NCBI RefSeq assembly: GCF_000142905.1
Contig: NW_013657628.1
Span: forward strand, 1-64,000
Source of the DNA: Thecamonas trahens ATCC 50062
Lineage: Eukaryota; Protista; Apusomonadida
Direction: 5' to 3'
DNA length: 64,000 nt
The translations under genes and the position numbers were made by a program. The notes below the pieces were generated by a model. It was given only the letters and a program-made list of their open reading frames with translations, did not search any database and was not told where the DNA came from. This document shows positions 57,439-64,000 of the stretch, one piece after another (the first letter of the stretch is position 1; the number at the start of each line of letters is the position of its first letter).

Positions 57439-58047
57439 TGTGCTCTCTCACCTCTCCCCTCCAGATACCCCTCCTTTCCGTCCTGGCGAGTTAGGTGCCT
57501 CTATCTACCTCACTTGCCCTTTTCCCGCCAACCTCTCCCACACCCGCCCGGGGAGGGATCCTCGCACACTCGCCACCCGCCCACACCCACACTCTTCGGG
57601 CAGCACACAATTTCTCCTTCAACGACGGGGGTGCGCTCCGCCTCGTGAAAAAAAAAATTTATCCCCCCCCTCTTCGCCACCCCCCCTCCCCTTCCCCCTC
57701 CCTGGTCACCTTGCTCCGCACCTGCCGCCGCACCAGCCCCACCCCCCCCCCCCCTCCCCACCTCCCCCTCCCCCCTCCTCCTCTGCCACCATCCTCCATC
57801 ACTCCATCCACACCCACACCCACACCCACATCCCTCCCCCCCTCCTCCCCCGCGCCAGCCCCTTTCCCGCTCCTTTCCCGCCCCCATCCTACACCCGCCC
57901 CTCCAATCATGTCACGCGCCGTCAGTCTTGCCGCGTGCTTGCGTCATCTCGACGACTGCCATTCATGAATGCAGGCGATTTCGGAACAAAAGCGCCTCCA
58001 CATCTCCCGTCACCAGCATTTCACCAGACAAGGCAACTCACAACATC

Positions 58048-58968
58048 ATGACCAGCCGCCCCACGATTACCACTGTTCCGCTCAACACGGGCGCTACGAT
58101 GCCGCAACACGGCCTCGGGACCTGGCTTTCCAAGCCCGGCGAGGTCAAGGATGCGGTAAAGACGGCTCTGTACGCCGGCTACACCCACATCGATGCCGCA
58201 GCGGTGTATGGCAACGAGGCCGAGGTGGGCGAGGCCCTTGCCGAGGTCTTCGCCGATGAGGACTCGGGCATCAAGCGCGAGGACGTGTTCATTACCTCCA
58301 AGCTCTGGTCGCAGTCGCACGGTTCTATCGCCGAGGCGCTCAACCAGACGCTCAAGGATCTCCAGCTGGACTACCTCGACCTCTACCTCATCCACAACCC
58401 GGTGGCCTTCCAGGGCGAGACCGTGTTTGACGTCGCCGAGCTCGAGTACATCCCGCTCGCCGCCAAGTGGAAGGCCATGGAGTCGCTGCAGGACGCAGGC
58501 CTTACCCGCGCCATCGGCGTCTCCAACTTCCCCACCGCCCTCATCTACGAGCTCCTCTCCGTCGCCCGCATCCCGCCGGCTGTCGTCCAGATCGAGCGCC
58601 ACCCGTACAACGTCCAGAAGCTGCACGTCGACTTTGTCGAGCGCCACCACATCCACGTCACAAACTACTCGCCGCTCGGCAACCCGGGCAAGTACTCTGG
58701 CGGGCCCGAGACAAAGCTCCTCGAGCACCCCAAGGTCCTTGAGCTTGCAGACGCCCACAACAAGACCGCTGCACAGATCCTCATTCGCTGGGGCATCGAC
58801 AAGGGTGCCACCGTCATCCCCAAGTCGGTCAACCCCGATCGCATCAAGGAGAACCTCGCCGTCTTTGACTTTCAGCTCCAGCCGCACGAGGTTGCTGAGC
58901 TTGATGCCCTCGACGTCGGCCACCGCTACCTCGACTTTACTTTCCTCGGCGTCCCCATCTTTACCTAG
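58048..58968 (+). CDS. Aldo-keto reductase (AKR1/AKR2 aldose/xylose reductase-like)
   Basis: GLGTW, GYTHIDAAAVYGNEAEVG, FITSKLW, LDYLDLYLIH, AIGVSNF, QIERHPY, YSPLG, VIPKS. Confidence 0.95.
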   Translation: MTSRPTITTVPLNTGATMPQHGLGTWLSKPGEVKDAVKTALYAGYTHIDAAAVYGNEAEVGEALAEVFADEDSGIKREDVFITSKLWSQSHGSIAEALNQTLKDLQLDYLDLYLIHNPVAFQGETVFDVAELEYIPLAAKWKAMESLQDAGLTRAIGVSNFPTALIYELLSVARIPPAVVQIERHPYNVQKLHVDFVERHHIHVTNYSPLGNPGKYSGGPETKLLEHPKVLELADAHNKTAAQILIRWGIDKGATVIPKSVNPDRIKENLAVFDFQLQPHEVAELDALDVGHRYLDFTFLGVPIFT

Positions 58969-59299
58969 ATGCCTACTGCTCTCATCAAACACACCGTCCA
59001 ACACCCCCCCCCCCCCCCCCCTCTCCCCACCTTGCGCCACATTTTCGCATGTGCCATGCCGACGCCACGTGACCTGCCCCACCAACCATCAGCCGACCAA
59101 TATCGATTTTTAGCGGTTGTCCATTGTTTTTTCCTATTTCCATTCATTGACTCGCCTTGCCATTCATTATTGGTTGGTTTCTTTCTTGCCCGTCACGCCG
59201 GACATTCTCCTCTCGCGCGTGGTCCACAGCCGCCCACGCTCCCCCCCTTCACCCTTCCCTCCCCCCCCTCCCTCGTGGCTCACCTTTGTTGGCGAAGCC

Positions 59300-60529
59300 A
59301 TGTTCACTGAGGGTATGGATGTGTATCTCCTTGCCGCTGTGGGCATCTCGCTTGCAGCGGTAGCGGCTTGGGCCTCCTCCTCGCCTCGCACCAAGGCTAT
59401 GCCGTCGTCCTCCGCCACCACCACGTCGTCGTCAGCGAAGCTTTGCCAGCATGGCATTTTTGCTGGCGGCCGGCACGTGCGGGTGGTGACGGGCAAGGCG
59501 GCGAGGCCCGCCAAGGGCAAGCCCACCACCCAGCCCCCTCCTACTGCCTCCATTGGTGTCAATGGGCATGACCATGATGACTCCTCCATGGAGCATAACC
59601 TCGCGTCTCGTTTGGCTCGCTCGCTCCTCGACTCGCTTGTGGTCCTCTGGCCCGCTTCGCCAATTGGCTCTGTTCCGTACTCGCCATCCCCCTTGGCTGT
59701 CACTGATCCAAATTTGCTCAAATCGCCGCTATCCGCCGCTCACCCGCCCGAGCCTGCCCCGCTCTCTGTCGCCCATGCTCTGCCGCTCTCACTGGCCAAC
59801 CCATCCCGGGCGGACCCGGAGACTGCGTCGGGGAAAGTTGCTCATGTTCAGTCTCGTGCTGCCACGAAGGATGGCGTCCGTGCGTCTAACCCGTTGAGCC
59901 CAGTGGCTGCTGCCGCTGACGATAACGACGGCGTCGAGGAAGATGACGACGACGACGACGACGACAATGACAACGACAACGACACCCACAGCCGCGGAAA
60001 CGACAACGCTCTCAAGCCGAGCAACAGTCTCGCCGCTGCAATCGAGGTCCCGCTCTGCCTCGACCTCCCGGTCGACGCACACTGCCCGACCGTGGCGGCG
60101 TCGGACGCCATTGTTCTCCCGCGCGAGCCCAACGTCATGCAAGCGATCGAGGCCTTCAAGCCGCGCGCTGACGACGAGCTCCTGGTTGCCCCTGGCGACG
60201 TTGTCACCGTGCTCGAGCGCTACTCGGACGGCTGGATCATGGCCTGCAACGAGGGCGTGTGTGGCGTGCTCCCGGCCTCGTTCCTGGCCCCGCTCCAGGT
60301 CGCCGCCAAGTGGGCCTTTGTCCCGTCGTCACCCGACGAGGTCGCCCTCGCTGTTGGTGACCTCGTTGACATCTACGAGTTCTACGATGACGGCTGGGCC
60401 CTTGTCCGTGCTCCCTCGGGTGCCGCGGGCATGGCCCCGCAGTCGTTCCTCGACCACCCGGCCGCCGCCGCTGACGCCGGCCTTCACACCCCGTCGGCAC
60501 TCGACACCCCGCCGGCTTCGCCGCACTAA
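59300..60529 (+). CDS. Signal-anchored protein with two C-terminal SH3 domains
   Basis: N-terminal hydrophobic VYLLAAVGISLAAVAAWA. SH3 #1 AIEAFKPRADDEL..GD..DGW..GVLPASFL; SH3 #2 AKWAFVPSSPDEV..GD..DGW..GMAPQSFL. Confidence 0.82.
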   Translation: MFTEGMDVYLLAAVGISLAAVAAWASSSPRTKAMPSSSATTTSSSAKLCQHGIFAGGRHVRVVTGKAARPAKGKPTTQPPPTASIGVNGHDHDDSSMEHNLASRLARSLLDSLVVLWPASPIGSVPYSPSPLAVTDPNLLKSPLSAAHPPEPAPLSVAHALPLSLANPSRADPETASGKVAHVQSRAATKDGVRASNPLSPVAAAADDNDGVEEDDDDDDDDNDNDNDTHSRGNDNALKPSNSLAAAIEVPLCLDLPVDAHCPTVAASDAIVLPREPNVMQAIEAFKPRADDELLVAPGDVVTVLERYSDGWIMACNEGVCGVLPASFLAPLQVAAKWAFVPSSPDEVALAVGDLVDIYEFYDDGWALVRAPSGAAGMAPQSFLDHPAAAADAGLHTPSALDTPPASPH

Positions 60530-60553
60530 ACTGCAACCTGCCCTGCTGTTCAT

Positions 60554-63018
60554 TTAGCTGGAGCTCGAGTACGTGTCCGAGTCGGACCACGTCTTCTCCA
60601 CCACCTCGCCTTTCTGACGCCCGCCCGAGCTCGAGAACGTGCCCGAGCCCGTCGACGACGACGAACACGTCGATGTGAACGACCGCATGGTGGCGGTCGG
60701 GTCCGAGTACGACCGTGACGATGACATCGAGCCACACGACGACGACGTCGACGGTTCGAATTGCGCAGCATCGCCGTGCCTGCCTTGGCTCCTGCCATGC
60801 TTCGACGATGGCTGCGACAGCGCGCGCGCGTTGGACTCTCGCCCTCTCCGCCCTCCCGACGCAGGATAGCGCGAGAGCGGCGACGGTTGCGGTTGGCGTG
60901 GCACACGCCGCCGCCCGCCCGACAACGATCGCTCACCTGACGACGACCGAGGCCGCGACCGCTGGCTCTCGACCTCGTCCTCACCCTCCGGCACGGGCTC
61001 CGGCGATTCGAGATTGCGCTTCTTGCGGAGAGAGGTCGGCCCGTACTTGCCAATACGCCGCGACTGCGCCAACTGCCGGAGGCCGACTCGGGACCATCGC
61101 CGCTGCGCCCGCTTGCTCAGCGCCGCAATCTTCTTGGTCAGCCGCTTCTGGAACGCCTTGTCGATCGGCACGTTGTCGAGCGACGCCAACGCCCGCCCGA
61201 CCTGGGACCGTGTAATCGAGTCTTCGTGCGCAAACCCGGTGCCGACGAGGAGCGATCCCTGCGACGAGGCCAGCTTCTGCGGCATGCCCGTCATTCCGTG
61301 TTGCAGGCGGAACTGAAGTTGCTCGTTCTCCTTGCTCAGCTCCGAGACCCGCTTGCGCAGCGCGCGAATAGCCACCCGGTCGTTCCGCTGCTTCTCCTGC
61401 GCCTTCCGGATGTATTTGGTGTAGACCTGGTTGACTTGCGCAACACGCTTGCGAAGCACCCCCACAGGCACGGTACCTCGCACGCCTGGCGTCGGTGGCG
61501 CACTCGACCCACCACCAGACGCCCCGCCTTCGCTCTCGCCACCAGACCCACCGGCATCGCTCTTGAGCACATCCTCCAGCCGGATCTTCGGCAGCTGGAT
61601 CTCGGCATGTGTCCGCGCAATGTCACCGTCCCACCCGCTGAGCTCGGGCATGCCCGCCTCGGCGTCATCACCCAGCGGCGGCAGCAGCCGGTCGGCAACG
61701 CCTCGCGGCTCGGCAAACGCCTCATTCTCTAGCAGCATCCGCACCTCGAGCGAGAACTGCGACTCGACGGTCGCCACACGCGACTCAAAGTCCTCCGACG
61801 TCTCGATAAACTTCTCCAGCCGCTCGAGCATGAACCCTTGCTCGCGGCCCATGACCATGATCCGGCCGAGCGTCTCGCGGAGCACAGCTGCCTGCTTCCG
61901 CGACTGGATGTCAAAGCCGAGACGGTCGAGCGTGTGCGCCAGCGCCTTGGTCCGCGAAATCGATTTTTCCAGGCTGCTCGAAATCAAGCCCGTCTGCGAG
62001 AGCAGTTGGTGGACTCGATCGAGAAGGAGGACAATCTGCCGGAGAATCGCCTGCTGCGCCGCCGACATGATTCGAGTCTTGCCCGGTCCTCTGGTCGCCA
62101 CCGACCCACCCGCTGCAGAGAGACCGATCTCCTCTGTACTAGTCGCCAGCGACGGTGTCGATGCCATACCTGCATGCACCGTCGCCTCAGCACGCGTTCC
62201 CACGGGAAGACCTGAAAGATTGGCGATGGCGCCAAACCGCCGGTCGACAAGCGCTTCCGAAGTGATGGCAAAGACTGGGACCGGCGACGGCCACCCCGTC
62301 AGCGAGGTCGGCCCCAGCCCAATGGCAGACGTCTTGGTCTCCAGTGAGTACAGCTTGGCGTCGACCTTATGCCACAGCGACTCGGTGGCCAGCACCTGTC
62401 CGCCCCATGCGCTCTCGGCCAACGCACGGACAAGCGACGCGTCTCGCCCGCTCAACCCGCCCCAGTGGAGACCCATAGCGAGTCTAGGTCCGCAGAAAAT
62501 GACGCTTCCTGTGAGCGACCGCTCCAGCGCCGCGCTCGGGAGCTCCAGCAGCTCCTCGGGCCACGGCGCAGACAGCAAATCAACTTGCAGTTTGAGCGCA
62601 AACGCCACCGCCTCCAGCGGTGCCGAGAATACCACCCGCCCGCCGTCGTCCCCGAGCTCGACAACCAGCGGACGCTGTGGCGCAGCGGCGTGTCTTACCA
62701 CCGTGTGGACAATCTCCATGGCCTCCTCCATCACCTCTGCAGGCAGCGTGTCCCAGAACGTAGCAGCCGCATCGACTGAAAAAGCAGCAACTGCAGCCTT
62801 GCGAGGGAGAGCCATGCCACGGCCGCCGCTCGCGCCGCCAGCAGTTGATGCACCCATCGATGCATGCATAGACGCAACACGAGACGATACAGCAGCACCG
62901 CCCCCACATGAGCTGCTGGCGGGAGTGGCATCGGTTGCGAGACCAAGGTGTGTTGCAGCTGGCGGATGATGGTATGGAGCTCATCCACATCCAGTGGAAG
63001 CTCGTCAAAGTCGTCCAT
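60554..63018 (-). CDS. Degenerate class III nucleotidyl cyclase domain plus coiled-coil protein; probable 5' frameshift
   Basis: Cyclase fold: FW..LP..MEEAM, AVAFALKLQVDLLSAPWPEELL, FCGPRLAMGLHWG, AWGGQVL. Probable start accATGG at 63018 (MDDFDELPLDVDELHTIIRQLQHT), joined to the main frame by one added base near 62947. Confidence 0.7.
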
Positions 63019-63153
63019 GGTCACTCGCTCGACTGTCGCCTCTCTGCAACTCACCAGATGCGCAAGGGAAGTCTTTCGTAAGCCAGTCAATCGCCACCGA
63101 TGAGGTCACCGCCGACTCTGCAAGATGTAGGAGAGAGGGCACCTCAGTCGGTG

Positions 63154-63327
63154 CGGGTCAGATCGGTCGTCAACCAGCTCGTCACCACAGACGTTATTAG
63201 CTCTCACCCACGAGAATAGCGACAGTCAGCCAGTTCGGGTCAGATCGGTCGTCAACCAGCTCGTCACCACAGACGTTCTTGGCTCTCACCCACGAGAATA
63301 GCGACAGTCAGCCAGTTCGGGTCAGAT
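63154..63327. repeat. 82-bp tandem duplication (2 copies plus a 10-bp partial)
   Basis: CGGGTCAGAT starts at 63154, 63236 and 63318. The two full copies differ at 2 positions (gttattagct vs gttcttggct). Confidence 0.92.
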
Positions 63328-63647
63328 TGGCTTCTGATGCGCTCGCCAGGTTGCCACCGCCTCGAGGCTGAGGAGAGGGAGTGGGCAGGACCACCAGAGG
63401 AGAGAGCCGGATGCACCAAAGGGTGGTTGTGAGGACACGGACGAGCGTACTAGCTACCTGGCTACGGAGGGGGGGGGGGGGGGGGGGGCGTCGTCGTTGA
63501 GACCGCTGTCGGTTCGTCGCTCGCCAGCGGACAGTCGGCGGAAAGGCGGCAGTGAGCGGCGGACAGGTAGCCGGTGGCGGCAAGGGGGCAGGGGGAGGGG
63601 GGAGGGATTGTAATCAGATTGGTAGATGCGTGCAGCGGCGAGGATTG

Positions 63648-64000
63648 TTACCGCTTCTCACGGACGCGGAGGACGAGGCCGAGCCAGGCGAGCACAAGCA
63701 GGCCGCCCCAGAGGACGTAGAGAACAACCATGTCGCGGACCATGGCGCCTTCATCGAGGGCATAGTTGTCGAGGATGACGTTGCCGTTGAGAAGGATCGG
63801 TGTAAAGCCCGAGGGGTTGAAGACCACCATCTGGTCGCGGAGCTCGTTGACCATGAGCGCCTCAAACGCGTAGCCAAAGAACGAAAAGTAGCGGAGCCAC
63901 GCAATGGCCGGGAGCATGCCGTCGGTGTTGATGAGGAAGCCGCCAAACAACATCTGCGCGAGAAGCAGGAGGACCGCAATAAGCGAAGCCTGGCCCGACG
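63648..64000 (-). CDS. ABCG-family transporter, C-terminal part (runs off the window)
   Basis: QMLFGGFLIN...WLRYFSFFGYAFEALMVNEL, final TM helix, ending VREKR-stop. Confidence 0.88.
   Translation of the reverse strand, partial: SGQASLIAVLLLLAQMLFGGFLINTDGMLPAIAWLRYFSFFGYAFEALMVNELRDQMVVFNPSGFTPILLNGNVILDNYALDEGAMVRDMVVLYVLWGGLLVLAWLGLVLRVREKR

Noticed and set aside
1-64000. Transposons, retroelements, tRNA/rRNA genes, viral insertions
   Set aside because: No transposase, RT, integrase or capsid motifs, terminal repeats or recognisable structural RNA were found by eye. A tRNAscan-SE/Infernal run would be needed to exclude small RNAs.

Overview
This is the telomeric end of a GC-rich, gene-dense, intron-poor microbial eukaryote chromosome. 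TTAGGG-type telomere, GT-AG introns and gene content are consistent with an apusomonad such as Thecamonas (inference). After a (CCCTAA)n telomere and about 2.8 kb of subtelomere come about 28 tightly packed protein-coding genes, in order: a 7TM-TKL kinase fusion, a FERM protein, LPCAT, an F-box/ankyrin protein, AKR7, a WD40 protein, calcineurin A-like, PHD/AT-hook, a PH-FHOD formin, WDR44-like, CAP-Gly plus bacterial-PH, Vps39/TGFBRAP1, eIF3m, a block of small enzymes (flavin reductase, NAXD, thymidine kinase, 2OG-Fe oxygenase, Rv2258c-like methyltransferase), a beta-helix receptor with a degenerate cyclase, RapGAP-CNH, a MAPK, MsrA, a secreted glycoside-hydrolase-like protein, a repeat protein, an SLC35E transporter, an AKR, an SH3 protein, a second pseudo-cyclase and a partial ABCG. 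The best-supported hidden signal is a selenoprotein MsrA that the ORF track truncates: an in-frame TGA (50067) replaces the catalytic Cys in G-U-F-W, and a canonical type II SECIS hairpin lies at 50530-50587. Five otherwise intact genes are each broken by a one-base-missing (-1) frameshift, most likely assembly error but testable. Family assignments come from motif recognition by eye, not database searches.
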